Below, piece after piece: positions 50,003 to 62,952 of a stretch of 64,000 nucleotides of DNA (its first letter is position 1; every line of letters begins with the position of its first letter). The position numbers and the translations under genes are program-made. The stretch lies in the NCBI GenBank assembly GCA_000388065.2, contig KB932204.1; one strand, given 5' to 3'. The DNA is from Fonticula alba ATCC 38817 (lineage: Eukaryota > Protista > Nucleariida). Below the pieces are notes generated by a model. It made no database searches and was not told the origin of the DNA. It saw only the letters and a program-made list of their open reading frames with translations.

Positions 50003-50872
50003 NNNNNNNNNNNNNNNNNNNNNNNNNNNNNNNNNNNNNNNNNNNNNNNNNNNNNNNNNNNNNNNNNNNNNNNNNNNNNNNNNNNNNNNNNNNNNNNNNN
50101 NNNNNNNNNNNNNNNNNNNNNNNNNNNNNNNNNNNNNNNNNNNNNNNNNNNNNNNNNNNNNNNNNNNNNNNNNNNNNNNNNNNNNNNNNNNNNNNNNNNN
50201 NNNNNNNNNNNNNNNNNNNNNNNNNNNNNNNNNNNNNNNNNNNNNNNNNNNNNNNNNNNNNNNNNNNNNNNNNNNNNNNNNNNNNNNNNNNNNNNNNNNN
50301 NNNNNNNNNNNNNNNNNNNNNNNNNNNNNNNNNNNNNNNNNNNNNNNNNNNNNNNNNNNNNNNNNNNNNNNNNNNNNNNNNNNNNNNNNNNNNNNNNNNN
50401 NNNNNNNNNNNNNNNNNNNNNNNNNNNNNNNNNNNNNNNNNNNNNNNNNNNNNNNNNNNNNNNNNNNNNNNNNNNNNNNNNNNNNNNNNNNNNNNNNNNN
50501 NNNNNNNNNNNNNNNNNNNNNNNNNNNNNNNNNNNNNNNNNNNNNNNNNNNNNNNNNNNNNNNNNNNNNNNNNNNNNNNNNNNNNNNNNNNNNNNNNNNN
50601 NNNNNNNNNNNNNNNNNNNNNNNNNNNNNNNNNNNNNNNNNNNNNNNNNNNNNNNNNNNNNNNNNNNNNNNNNNNNNNNNNNNNNNNNNNNNNNNNNNNN
50701 NNNNNNNNNNNNNNNNNNNNNNNNNNNNNNNNNNNNNNNNNNNNNNNNNNNNNNNNNNNNNNNNNNNNNNNNNNNNNNNNNNNNNNNNNNNNNNNNNNNN
50801 NNNNNNNNNNNNNNNNNNNNNNNNNNNNNNNNNNNNNNNNNNNNNNNNNNNNNNNNNNNNNNNNNNNNNNNN
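50003..50872. other. Assembly gap (870 N), the largest of several gaps bounded by C/G runs
   Basis: Directly visible. Confidence 0.99.
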
Positions 50873-51268
50873 CCCCACGCCGGCCCCTCGCCTCTGGCCC
50901 GCGTGTGTCTATAGTCGGTTCCGAGGTGTTGCCGGCACCCCCAAATGGCAGGGGTCCCCCGGCCCGCATGTGTCGCCCGCCCGTTCGCTGGTCGGGGGCC
51001 CGCGTCTTTTTGCTGCTGCCCCCCCCCCCCCCGCCTCCCCACTGGTGATCGGGTCTCCCCACCCGGGATGGACAGAAGATGGGCCCCCAGGAAAAAAACA
51101 ACAACGACCCAACTCCTGACGCATGGTTCAGGTCCGTGGCCCGTCTGGCTCTCCGACACTTTATTTCCATTTCCCCCCGTGGCCCGCGTCTGTTAACGGG
51201 GGGGGGGGGGGGGGGGGGCGAGAGACATTCGATGCCTTTGGCAGATGCTGGACGACCACATGCGTCCA

Positions 51269-52016
51269 TTAGTTAGCTGCCAGGGCTGCCCCAACGCTGG
51301 ACCCATCCTTCGCGTGCTGGAGCGAGAAGCGCCCGCCGACGCGCGGTCCGAACAGATCCGTCAGAGCTGGCACACGAGGATTCGGCGTGGACACAGGAGG
51401 GGGGGGGGACAGCGGAGAATGTGCCAGGTGGCAAGGTGAGAAGGATGGCAGCATGTGTAGAGGGTGTGGGCAGGAGGGGGGGGGGGAGACGCGGGCCGGC
51501 AGCAGACCAGGGGCAGACAGGCAGGAAGGCAGACGGAGAGGAGGAGAGAAAGACAAGAGAGGGGAGAAAAGTGCCCAAGGCGAACGAACCCCGATGCATG
51601 CGCCCAGGGAAGTGCGGATAGAACTCGAAAACCGATCCGTCGATGCCGAACAGCAGGCGCTCAGCCGCCGGAACCTCAACTGCGGCATCGCCCGGCGGGC
51701 CCGCGTCGCACAGGCCAAATGCCACCTCCTCCGGGGGCTGGCCCTGGCCACCGGGGCCGGCTGCGATCTCCGTCTCAGTGGGCGAGGTGCCAAGGAGCAT
51801 CTCCGGATCGAGCGGCTGGCCTGCCACCTTCAGGGCGCCCAGCTCGGCCACTGTCAGGGGCGCGAGAAGCCGGCTGGTCTCCGACCGGGCCAACGACACG
51901 ACACGGGCCAATGGCTCCGAGCCAAGGAGGCCCGTCTGCAAGCCGATAGCCGCGATCCCGGCTGCCGCTAGGCGAGCAGCGCGGGCTGACACATACGATG
52001 CGGTCATGCCGAGGAC

Positions 52017-52054
<38 letters not shown>

Positions 52055-54450
52055 TGTGTGTGTGTGTGTGTGTGTGCGCGTGTGTGTGGCCGTCCAGATG
52101 GCCCGACACGAGATGGAGCACGATCCTGTTGTCAGCATCCGATTGAGGAAGGCAAACGGCCCCCCCCCCCCCCCCCCCCCACAGGCAGCAGCCGGCTCCC
52201 AGGCGCGGAGCTGGGCAGAGGGGGCTCCACAGCAAGGGACTAGGCGCGCGCGTGGGTGTCCCGGCCCGCCGCCGCCGCCGCCGCCGCCCCCCTGGGCTGT
52301 CCGGTTTTAGTGCGCCAGCGCGATCACCCCCCCCCCCCCCCCCCCCCGGGGAGGATGGTGGCAAAGGTACATACCAGCAGCTCGACCAGATAGTCATCCA
52401 GGGGATTTTCAGGAGACGACGGCAAACGGACACCGAGCAGGGCGGCCAGCTCGGTCAGGAGGTCCCGAGCAGCAGGCTCCAGCGTCTTCCGGGACACCTT
52501 ATCATCCCCACGCAGGGCCATTGCCAATCGCAAGAAGAGCTCTTCACAACGGGCCAACGTCTCGCCAGACCACCGGCCAGCCGCATCCAAGAACGCCTGA
52601 ACATCGTCCGATGTCGGCAAGTCGCGCGTGAGCTGGCCAAAGAGCACTCGCGGGTGAGAGGTGCCGGGCACGCCGCGCGCCGCAAGGTGCCGAAGAGTCA
52701 GCAGGGCCAACTCGCCGAGATACAACCCGGCGATGCACTTCTCAAAGCGCTGCCGGCCCGGGTGCACAGATCCCATGTCTAGCAGGTCGTCATACGGCGT
52801 GAAGGGCAGGGCCATTGGCGTGCTTGGCGGCTCATCCGGGACATCGGCGTCTGGCTCAGTGGCTGGTTGGCGGAAGGAGAGCAGCCGCTCGGCGAGACCG
52901 GCCCGGCGGTTTGCCTCCTCCGGGGCCAGCGGCATGGATCCGAATGTGCCCCATTCGATATTGAGGACCATCGAGTCCGCACGAGTCACGGCGGTCGTTG
53001 GAAGATCGACCTTGTCGTGGAGTTTACCGACCAACTCCACGCGCTCCATGTAGGCCGCATTGGCGCCGGTCCCGAGGATTACCCCGCTCACCAGGTTCCC
53101 CTGATCCGGTCCCACCGAATAGGCGAACGAAATCAACGTGCCAACTGTATCGTTGATGATGGCCGTCACGCGGTAGGGAACATCCTTCGGAAGATCAGGA
53201 TGGTAGCGTGTGCAGGGGAGGGGAGAGCACCCAGACACATGGAGTGGCGAAGCACGAGTGAGTAGGTGATGGGCACATTCGAGGAGAGGGTGGCATGAGG
53301 GGCGAGAGGGAGATAGGGGGGGGGAGGGGGGAGGGGGGGAGAGAAGTGGATGCGGATGGGAGAGAGGCCGGGTGAGGTGAACGGGGAAAAATGCCCACCG
53401 GAGGATATTAGCTCGGGTCCGCACGTACCAGAGCCTCCAGCGCCGTATTCAGCAAGGCGCCCACATCCTCGCCGATGACGCCCTGCGTGGAGAAGCCCTT
53501 GGTCCAATTGGTCAACCGCGCGGAGGAAAGGCCATCCTGCTGGGTGGGGAAGGAGAAGGTGAAGGCCAGTGGTGCGGGGCCCTGTCCCGGCTCGGGAAGA
53601 TACTCCGGATGGAGCTTCAAAAACCCAGCGATGCTGGCGGCAATGAAGCCGAACAGCTGGACATGGCTGTCAGTGAAAGGTCGAGCAAAGGGCGCGGAAT
53701 GTATCGCAGGGGGACCCCGGGCGGAAATGAAGGACCCCACACCACCAATGCCCTGTCACTGCCGAGGAGGACAAGCAAGCGCGTACATCCTGGGCGTTAC
53801 CATCCTTGGCGTAACCGGGGATGGTGTACCGCTCGGAAACGGTCTCGGCGCGGCCTTCGCCCAAAAGGTGGGTCTGCCGATGGCAGCATGCGCAAGGGCG
53901 CAAGGCCGGAGCAGGTTAGCGAGTCGAATGCACAAGGACAGGACAAGAGTCGGGGGCAGACGTACCCCCACCACGCGGAAATTCGTCCCACCCAGGTCCA
54001 GCGCCAGGCAGTGGCCCCGCTCGGACCCATCAGGCAAGCGCGTCACATGCGAGGGAAGCATCTTCAAGAAGCCCGGATGGTCCGGGGTCACCCCATCCTC
54101 CGGACGAAGGGTCCCCGGGGCGGGCAGGCCGCGCTGAAGATCCGCCAGAAAGCGCAGCCTACCGACAGCGTGTGGCACAAGCGGTGAGTGGGGGCCCTCG
54201 GTCAACCGAGGCACGCGGTGGGGGTGGGAGAAGGAGCAGGAGCAAGAGGCAGGGCGAGGGGGAAATAGCTTCCCATGCATGCTGAGAGGGGGCTGGTTTC
54301 GCACACAACAGTCGCTAGATCCGAGGCTGAAAGGCCGAACACCGATGCCAGATAGGCATTGGTGGCCAGAAGGAACTCGCTGTCCTCCGCTCGAAGGGCG
54401 AGGCCCCGAATGAGGCTGGAGAAGGACTCCGGCAAAGGGGCGACAGACAT
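51269..54450 (-). CDS. HXK: Hexokinase; ~6 exons (first 54450-54305; last three ending 52375, 52016-51590, 51366-51269)
   Basis: [100 protein letters not shown]. Confidence 0.96.
52021..52086. repeat. (TG)n microsatellite at a hexokinase intron acceptor
   Basis: Directly visible. Confidence 0.9.
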
Positions 54451-55412
54451 GGGGCCGGCCGGGGCTACAGGTCGGGAGGCGCCGGTGGTGGAGGGGAAGG
54501 GGGGCGGAGTGGCAAAGGGGGGGGGGGGAGAGAGCGAGGGTGACCAGCCCCGGCCCTGTTCTGCCCCGAGCTCGCGAGCTGAAAAGGGCTCAGCGGGCAG
54601 GAGCAGGAAGATCGCATACTCCCCTAGCCAGATTGCCCTGATCTAGCTCACGGCCCGTAGGGGTGTGCCCTCCGTCAGGAGAGGGCGACTGGCCCTCACC
54701 CTTGTCGACACCCGGGCAGGGGGGGGGGGGGGGAAAAAAAGTTGGAGCCAGCAGCCAACACGTCAGTGCCGCAAAAAATAACAATAAAAATGAACGCTTC
54801 CCCGTTGAAACCCGGAGGCATCTTGACCATCCTCTTCAGCCGAGTTTTTTTCATGGGTCATCCGCCCGTGCTGTCTGTCTGACGGGCTGAGAGGCGCCCA
54901 TCTCCCCCGCCCGTGGGAGTCACCAAGCTCAAAAATACTCCAGCCCGAAGATAATGTATTTCTCGGCAGCGAGATGACGCATGACCCGATATCGGTCACA
55001 TGGACGTCACACCACTGAAGAATGCCAAAAGCAGGGCGACCCCCCTCGCCCGGCCTGGTATGCCTCGAGTTTCTCTTGGAGGAGGCCTGGGCAGAGGCGG
55101 GCTGGGGGCGGGGGGGGGGGGGGGGGGGGGACGGCACACGCGCGCTCGCGACGCCGTGGACTGGCCCCGGGGCCAGGCAATATGCCCGTCTCGAGAGTGT
55201 CCTGTCCTCTCGCTTCCCAGCGTGGAGGGTGTCCCTCCCCGGGGGGCCTGGCCGCTTGAGGGCGTTCTGCAGGCTGTGGCAGCGCCAAGAGATCCCTCCC
55301 CGAGGTCGACCCCTTTCCCTGGATGGTCAGCCTCCCCTCCTTCCCCTTCTACCACCATCCCTCCTCCTTTTGCCTGCTGCCCGCCCTCCGCCGCTTCTCT
55401 TCCAACGCAACA
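54451..55412. promoter_or_regulatory. Probable bidirectional promoter region between hexokinase and uS17m
   Basis: Head-to-head ATGs 962 bp apart, with an AT-rich patch at ~54770-54860. Function is inferred from geometry only. Confidence 0.5.
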
Positions 55413-56366
55413 ATGCCGCCCCTCTCGCTTGTCGGGACTGTCATCCGCTCGGCCATGCAGAAGACCGTCACCGTGGAGGTTCCCCGCTACTACAACCACC
55501 ATCTTTACCGCAAGGTGCGCGACATCTTCCTTCCTCCTGTCTGTGGTGACTCGCTCTCCTTGCTTGCCAGCCGTCCGCATGTCTGCGCTGCGCTGCGCCG
55601 CGCTGCCTCTTGTCTGCCTCCTTGTGCTCTTGCTTCCCCCATTCCCCCCCCCCNNNNNNNNNNNNNNNNNNNNNNNNNNNNNNNNNNNNNNNNNNNNNNN
55701 NNNNNNNNNNNNNNNNNNNNNNNNNNNNNNNNNNNNNNNNNNNNNNNNNNNNNNNNNNNNNNNNNNNNNNNNNNNNNNNNNNNNNNNNNNNNNNNNNNNN
55801 NNNNNNNNNNNNNNNNNNNNNNNNNNNNNNNNNNNNNNNNNNNNNNNNNNNNNNNNNNNNNNNNNNNNNNNNNNNNNNNNNNNNNNNNNNNNNNNNNNNN
55901 NNNNNNNNNNNNNNNNNNNNNNNNNNNNNNNNNNNNNNNNNNNNNNNNNNNNNNNNNNNNNNNNNNNNNNNNNNNNNNNNNNNNNNNNNNNNNNNNNNNN
56001 NNNNNNNNNNNCCCCGCCCCGCCCCGCCCCGCCCAAACAGGCTATCCTCTCCAAGAAGAAGTACCTTGTGCACGATGAGAATGGCTCTTGCGAGGTGGGT
56101 GACCGCGTTCGGATTGAGAACTGCCGCCCGATTAGCAAGCGCAAGAGTGCGTTCCTCGAAATGCGACAGAGCATGTGCCTCCCTGCATGCCCTCTTCTCG
56201 TACCTTTGCCTAACTTCTCCCCCTTTCTTCCCCTCCGTGCCTGCCCTTCTGCGCATGGTCAGCCTTCCGTGTGACCGACATCATCGAGAAGGTCCCGAAG
56301 TATGTTTGCCCAGAGACTGGCCAGGTCTTCACCCCGTTCAACATCCACCATTCTCAGCACGATTGA
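55413..56366 (+). CDS. MRPS17: Mitochondrial ribosomal protein uS17m; exons 55413-55514, 56041-56146, 56263-56366
   Basis: LVGTVIRSAMQKTVTVEV..HHLYRK..KKKYLVHDE..VGDRVRIENCRPISKRKTFRVTDII, the bacterial-type S17 signature. Confidence 0.93.
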
Positions 56367-57187
56367 GAAACTCCTTTCTCCCTTCCTCTGCCATGTGTTC
56401 CTTCGGGTTCCTGGAGAGCATCTCTCTGTGTCCCCCTTTTCCAGCATGTTGTCGCGACCTGCCTTCCTCCCCCCCCCCCCACCCCGCAAGTTGGCCCCGA
56501 CTCGCGTGCCCCTTTCCCATCGCTCTCCTTTCTTCAGTTTCCTTCCCCCTCCTATAGAGTCCCCCAGACACACCCGCCCGCACATACTTTGCCTTGTCAG
56601 CTTGCGGCATCGCTCTCTCTCTCTCTCTCTCTCCCTTTCTCCTCCTCATTGGCGGTGTTTCCACCTGCCCTCCCTCCCATATCCCCTCTCCCGGGAATGG
56701 GCGAGGGTGCCTTGTTGCCGCTTCCTCCCTCTTCATTCCCCCGCTTGCCCGCCCGCCGCGGGGACCCTGTCCTTGTCCCCCCGGATCACGCACCGTCATG
56801 CGCCTTTCCTCTGATCGGTCGCTTGGCCGGTTCTCCTCTCCTCCCCCCCCCCCTCCCCCGGGCAAATACACCTCCGAAATCCGCCAAGGCATCCATGCAC
56901 ACCCACACCCATGCCCACGACCAGCATGCCCTCCTTTCCCACCGGCCCATGCCCCGGCCTTCGAGACCAGCGGGGGGGGGGGGGATCGCAGACACGGGCC
57001 AACGCCGCGGTACAGGGGCGAGCCGAAACAGAGTAGGCCCTCAAGCGGCGGGTGCCGAGAGATCGTTTGGCCCCAACGGACATACCACGTGACGCCCTGC
57101 GCCTTCTTGCCGCCCGTTCCCGCCCGGAACAGTCTTTCCCCGCGCACCCCCTGTGTCTATTTGCCAGAGGGTGGGCTGTTGAAGCGT

Positions 57188-57208
57188 GCGCGCGCGCGCG
57201 CGCGCGCG
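57188..57208. repeat. (GC)n alternating tract upstream of SmD1
   Basis: Directly visible. Confidence 0.8.
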
Positions 57209-58023
57209 GGCGGCCGACGCTGGCGCAAGGGCCTCCTCCCCCTGCCGGTTATATTCTTGGTCAACTTTCCAGCGGGACCGCGGGCGGAGGCGACGCAGCC
57301 ACCGGCGGAGGCGGGAGAGAAAGGCATCGCTGCGGGGAGGAAGTATTCCGGGCAGGGTGCTCATTACTTGGCATTGGTGCTTCAGGACCCGAGTGCGCGC
57401 GTGTTCGGCATGTGCGCCGGTTGCCGGTGGATGTGGCGGCTGCACCACGATACCCAGGCGCCGGGCGCCGGGAGGGCGGAGGTCTTGCCCGTGGGGTGGT
57501 GGTGCCCGTTGGTCGCGCACACGGGGGGGTGATGCTGCTCCGGTGGCCCCATGCTTGGTCGTCCGCCCTCCGAGGTCACGGTTCCCCTTGCCGCCGGTCC
57601 CACCCCCCCCCCCCTCCCGTGTCCCCTCCCCCGGTTACACTTTTCGGCCATCAACTTGTGGGCGCCAGCCGGCCGGTTCACCATCCCGGTTCCTGTTCCC
57701 CCCCTCCTCGCTTGTATGCTCTCGCCCTTGTCCATCTACCTCTCTGTCTAGTTCTCTTTCTCTCTCTCCCTCCCTCCCCCCCCCCGGCTCCGCTCTTGCT
57801 CTCCTCCCTTCTTGTCACCTCGGCGCGCTGGCACCGCCGCACTCCTGCGCCGCCTCTTCACCTCTGCGCCTGGCTGTGCATTTGTCCTCCTTGCGCCTCC
57901 TCCGTCCCTCTGCCCTTCCCCGCCCCGGCCCAGTGCTCCGCGCCGACTGACACCTACGCCCCATTTCTACTCCCCTCAGGAGACACACACACAGACCACT
58001 CCCCCCTCCCCCTCCCCAACGCC

Positions 58024-58565
58024 ATGAAGCTCGTCCGGTATGATCCCCCCCCCCCCTGTGATGTGCCCCTTGTGGCCTCATCTGTTTCGCCCCTCCCTCC
58101 CCCCTGACGCCATTCTTGGCGACACTAACCCCGCCGCGTGCCTCCTGTGAATGCAGTTTCCTCCAGAAGCTCGTTTCCGAGACTGTCACCCTGGAACTGA
58201 AGACCGGCACCACCCTGACCGGCACCATCTCCGGTGTGGACCCCCTGATGAACACCTACCTGAAGTCCGTGCGCCTGGTGGCCAAGAACCAGGAGCCGCG
58301 CCACCTGGACCAGCTGACCGTCCGTGGCAGCACCATTCGCTACTACATCCTGCCGGACTCCCTGCCCCTGGACACCCTGCTCATCGATGACACCCCTCGG
58401 GCCAAGGTTGTGCGCAAGAAGAAGACCACCTCCCTGCGCGGTGGGATCGGCGGCCGCGGTCGTGGTGGCTTCCGTGGTGGCCGTGGTGGCTTCCGTGGTG
58501 GCCGTGGTGGCTTCCGCGGGGGTCGCGGTGGCGGTGGTTTCGGCGGTCGCGGTGGCCGCAACTAA
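58024..58565 (+). CDS. SNRPD1: Small nuclear ribonucleoprotein SmD1; exons 58024-58037, 58157-58565
   Basis: [51 protein letters not shown] followed by an RGG tail. Confidence 0.97.
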
Positions 58566-59232
58566 GCTGCCTATGCTTTCGCCCCTTTTCTCCCCCCCTC
58601 CCCGCTGTGGGATGTGTGGCCTTGACTGCACTTCCACTGCTCCTCCTCCCTCCGGTCCTTGCGTTTTCCTCCCTGCCCCTTCTTTCTTCTCTCCCCGTCT
58701 CCCTGCCCCCCCCCCCCCCCCCCCCCCCCCCCGCGCCCCCCCGCGCACCCCCCCCCCCCGGGGGGGGTTCTTTGTGTGTGGCGGTTGCCCTCCCCCCCCC
58801 CCCCCCCCCCCCCCCCCCGGGGGGCCCCGGGGGGGTTGTGGGGGGGGGGGGGGGGGGGGGAAAAAAAATTTTTTCCCCCCCCGGGGGGGGGGGGGGGGGG
58901 GGGGGGCACGGTACCCTGGGCAACCCTAATGGAGAGATACCGTGATCACTCTGGACCGTCTCACCCCGGGTCTTATTGATCCAGGGCGATTCTCCCCTGC
59001 CTGCTGCGCTTTCTTTTCCAGTTGTTGCTGCCCCCTTCTCGCCGGACCGAGCACAACGCGATCGCGGCCGCGGAGAATGCCAGAGTCCTATGATGACTGG
59101 GGGCGGGGGACCACCGGCCGCCAAGACTCATCTCCTTCGGGGGCCGCACGGCGCGCGTCCTACGGGATTTTGATTTTATTTGACATGGCCCCGGCCGGGG
59201 GGAGCAGGAAAAGAGAACTCCTCCCCCGGCGA

Positions 59233-60676
59233 TCAGGCCTCCTTTGCCACGCGGGAGGCGGCGCTGGCCTTGCGCCCGGCTTCGCCAGTACAATACGCCT
59301 GGCGCAGGGTCTGATGGCAGCAAGCAAAGCCCCACGTCCCATCGACCCAGTAACTTCCCCAGACGGAGGTGTGATTCCCGGGGAAGACTACATGCGCAAG
59401 GACACACACACACATGCGCGTCCACACGTACACAGCAGATACCCACAAGTATGTCAGTGATCGAACGGAAGATCGCACGGGGAAAAATATGCATATGCCC
59501 CTCCTTCCTCGCCTTCTCCCATGTGCAGGAAGAAGCCACTTGGCTGGGCCCTGGCCGGTGCCGCGCCAGCGCCATTACGTACCATCCTCCTCGTACTTGG
59601 AGCGCGCCGCCGCCGAGAGTTCCAATGTCGCCTGCGCATCGCCCTTGAGCACGTTGCCAGACGCATCATACTCGGCATAGTTCTCCGACTGAGCCAGGAG
59701 CAACTCGCGCGGGGGAGCCTTGAGGTGCTCATGACCACCGTACGTGTCGAGAATGTCTTTGTGTGTAGAGGCGAAGGAAGGCATGTCACGGTGTCAGCGG
59801 TTGGCGGGGAAGAACCAATACAGCGGGAGGCAGACCTGCCAGCGGGGGGAGGGGGAGGCGGAGAAAGAGGAGGCCCTCCTCGCCGCTGCCCCCGCGACCA
59901 GGAGGTGCAAAAAGCGGGACGGGAGATCGAGAAAGAGGGAGAAAGGGCGGCAGTACGCACTCTTCTGGTAGTCGTCCTTGACCTGCTTCTCACGTTGCAT
60001 GAACTCGCGACGCATCATCTCCGCGGCCGTGGGATCGGCCTGCGGAATGATATTCGCCGCACCGCGCTGGGCGGCCTCCCATGCGAACATCTGCATGTCG
60101 GTGAAGGCCTTGGCATCGCCTGAGTGCCGGACAAAATTGTCACCCTTGTACGCGGCCTTCGGCGGTGGAGACGGATTAGCATTGGGCCGCAATGGGCGGA
60201 GAAGGAAAAGGGAAGAGGCAAAAGGAGCCCAGCAAAGCGCACATCCGGATTGTGCGGTGTCGGGTCGGCACGCATCGACCGCGTCTTCGGGTCGTAGTAC
60301 GCCGAGTTGACATCCAAGTTCAGGAGGTACTTGGCCGTGTCTTCACGGATTCGCAAGTTTCGGACGGTCATACGACCCTTCGTGTCATCAAGCTTCTGCC
60401 CGGCCATGTCCGCCGTGTCAGCATACTTGAAGTCGTCATCCGAGTCGCTGTCCGAATCGGCACTGAGATGGGGGACGACCAATTGGGTTAGTTTGTGGCC
60501 TTCCTCCCGCCCCATCCGTCGATTCCCATGGGGCGGCCGCCCCGCGGCGCGGGGAAGCGTGCCCCGTTCACCGGTTAATTGTCACGTACTTTTGCCCGGC
60601 CTTGCGCTCGTACTCTTCCTCGCGGCGCTTCTTACGAAGGAGTTCCATTTCCTCGTAGTCTGCCGCGCCAGCCGGG
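59233..60676 (-). CDS. SLU7: Pre-mRNA splicing factor SLU7, 5' half absent (runs into 10-N gap at 60677-60686)
   Basis: [103 protein letters not shown]. Confidence 0.95.
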
Positions 60677-61214
60677 NNNNNNNNNNCCCCCCCGCCCCTT
60701 CTTTCCTCTCTCCCCCTCCCCCCCCCCCCCCCCCCCCCCCCCGCCTCCCCTCCATTTCCTCTCCCTCCTGCCCACGCTTGGCACTCCGCCTGGTGGAGTG
60801 CAGGGCCCTCGTCTGTTCTTCCCCCTTCCCTCTTTTGAGCAGCCTCCCCTCATAAGGCAGTTGCTTTTCACATCTTCCCTTCCCATGCGCGCGCGCGCTT
60901 GCGCGAGAAAGGCACCTCCCTCCACCCGGCGCGGGAGGCCGTCGTTGTCCGCGAGAGAATACACATATACATGTCATGCTTGCCCCCCCCTTCCCGTTGT
61001 CGCCCCCCTTCCGCCCCTCGAGAGCACGGGGTACGCCTCAAGGGCCGAGCTGGGGTGGCGGATTCCCCGGGGCTCCTTGTGTGTCGTGTCTCGGGGCTCG
61101 TTAGCGCCTTTTTGATGGATCTTTCTTGTGTATTTCTCTTCGGGGGATATGTGCATGCCCATGCGCGCACACACACACACACACAACGCCGAGAGAAGAT
61201 GGCAGCTGTCCTTC

Positions 61215-62952
61215 TTACTCGTGTGAGTCGCCAGTGGCCACCGGAGAGGAGGTAGCCGTCCCGCCGTAGGCCGGCTCGGCAGACTGGAGAAGCGGCGCCC
61301 GGTCGGAAGTCTCCTCGAACGACATGGTCGGGGAGACAATGTACTCAGAGGTCTCGGCAGGAGCCACGCCATCGATGACGTCCGAGTGGTTGCTCGAGGT
61401 GAAGGTACGCTTGGTCTCCTGCATGAAGTCCGTCGGCCAGAGGATGTCCCGAAGGGCCTGCTTGGAGGTGAGCCGAGCGCCGTGCTCCACCAGGAACTCG
61501 CGCGCAGGGAAGAAGCGCATCTGAATGGCCGCCATGATGGAGTACTCGATGGCCAGGAGGAAGTTCTGGATGGTGCTCGGGGTGACGTCCTCGGGGTTGG
61601 CACCGGCTGAGCGGGGGCGCAGGGAGGGCCAACAAGGAGCGAGACAAGGGCCGAGGGGGCGTCCCCCCCAAGGGCAGGGCGTGAGTCGGGGGCACCTTCA
61701 ACAAACAGCATCACACACACACACAAGGCACATGATGGAAGCTCTTAGGGAGGCAGCAAAAGGGAAACCGGGCCAGGAGAAGACACGCACCCAGGAAGAA
61801 GATCAGCGAAATGACGATGCTCTGGAGGAAGGTGGCAAAAATGGTCACCTTGACACACCAGAACTTAGCGCCAATCCGGGCGTCGGTGCCCAGGAGCTTG
61901 ATCTCATCCTCAAGGTAGTTGAGCAGCTTGTGCATGGACAGCATGGAGACGATGACGATGATCACCTGTGCGATATTCAGGTAGAGATACGCGTTGGAGG
62001 GGGACCAGTCATAGGGCTCCAGGATGGAGAAGATGTCCAGCACCAGGGTCAGCAGGCCGATAACCGGCATGGCCACGGCAAATTGCAGCACACCGCGCTT
62101 GACCTTCATGAAGGACTACGAGAAGGCCCAGCAGGACGCACAGGCATGCGNNNNNNNNNNNNNNNNNNNNNNNNNNNNNNNNNNNNNNNNNNNNNNNNNN
62201 NNNNNNNNNNNNNNNNNNNNNNNNNNNNNNNNNNNNNNNNNNNNNNNNNNNNNNNNNNNNNNNNNNNNNNNNNNNNNNNNNNNNNNNNNNNNNNNNNNNN
62301 NNNNNNNNNNNNNNNNNNNNNNNNNNNNNNNNNNNNNNNNNNNNNNNNNNNNNNNNNNNNNNNNNNNNNNNNNNNNNNNNNNNNNNNNNNNNNNNNNNNN
62401 NNNNNNNNNNGGGGGGGCACATACACGGCGAGGGTCGGCCGCCAGATTGATCGGCTTGCGCTCAATACAGAGGATCTTACGCTGGGGGATGGGCTCCTTC
62501 TTGGAGAAGAAGTCCAGGATCTGGTCCTGAAGGGGCGAAGAGGAGGGAGCAAATGGGGGGGGAGGACAGAGGGGGAGTCAGGTTAGCATGTGTGTGTGTG
62601 TGGGGGGGGGGGCATGATAGCACGATACTCGGAGAGGAAGCAGCTCCCGGGCCCGGGCGACGCGTACCACACCACCGAGGTACTCCTCGGTCAGAAGGAA
62701 GAAGGTAGCCACGACGAACGCCTGGTAGCAGTCACGGAAGATGAAGATGTACCGCCCGGCGTTGTAGAACAGCAGGGACACCCAGGCCACCGTGGCGAAG
62801 ATGGGAATCATGATCAGGATGCGCGAGATAAGGCGCTGGAAGCGCGGCTGCTGGTACTGCTTGATGTGCGTCCGGATGCTCCAGAAGGAGATACCCAGCG
62901 AAAGCAGGAAGAAGGGGAAGGCCACCCAGACGAGGATGGTATGGGCCGACAT
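61215..62952 (-). CDS. TMEM184/OST-alpha family multi-pass membrane protein (one intron/exon junction lost in gap 62151-62410)
   Basis: QYQQPRFQRLISRILIMIPIFA, FRDCYQAFVV..YLG, KRGVLQF, KFWCVKVTIFATFLQ, IQNFLLAIE; the tail carries a DRAPLL dileucine motif. Confidence 0.9.

Noticed and set aside
47200-51200. ORFs of 300-690 aa across the gapped region
   Set aside because: Composed largely of X from N gaps, with no domain or splice signal in the sequenced parts; a gene hidden in the gaps cannot be excluded.
58686-58907. Quasi-palindromic C/G/A/T homopolymer block after SmD1
   Set aside because: Looks like low-quality homopolymer read-through consensus rather than a real inverted repeat or transposon end; unverifiable without reads.
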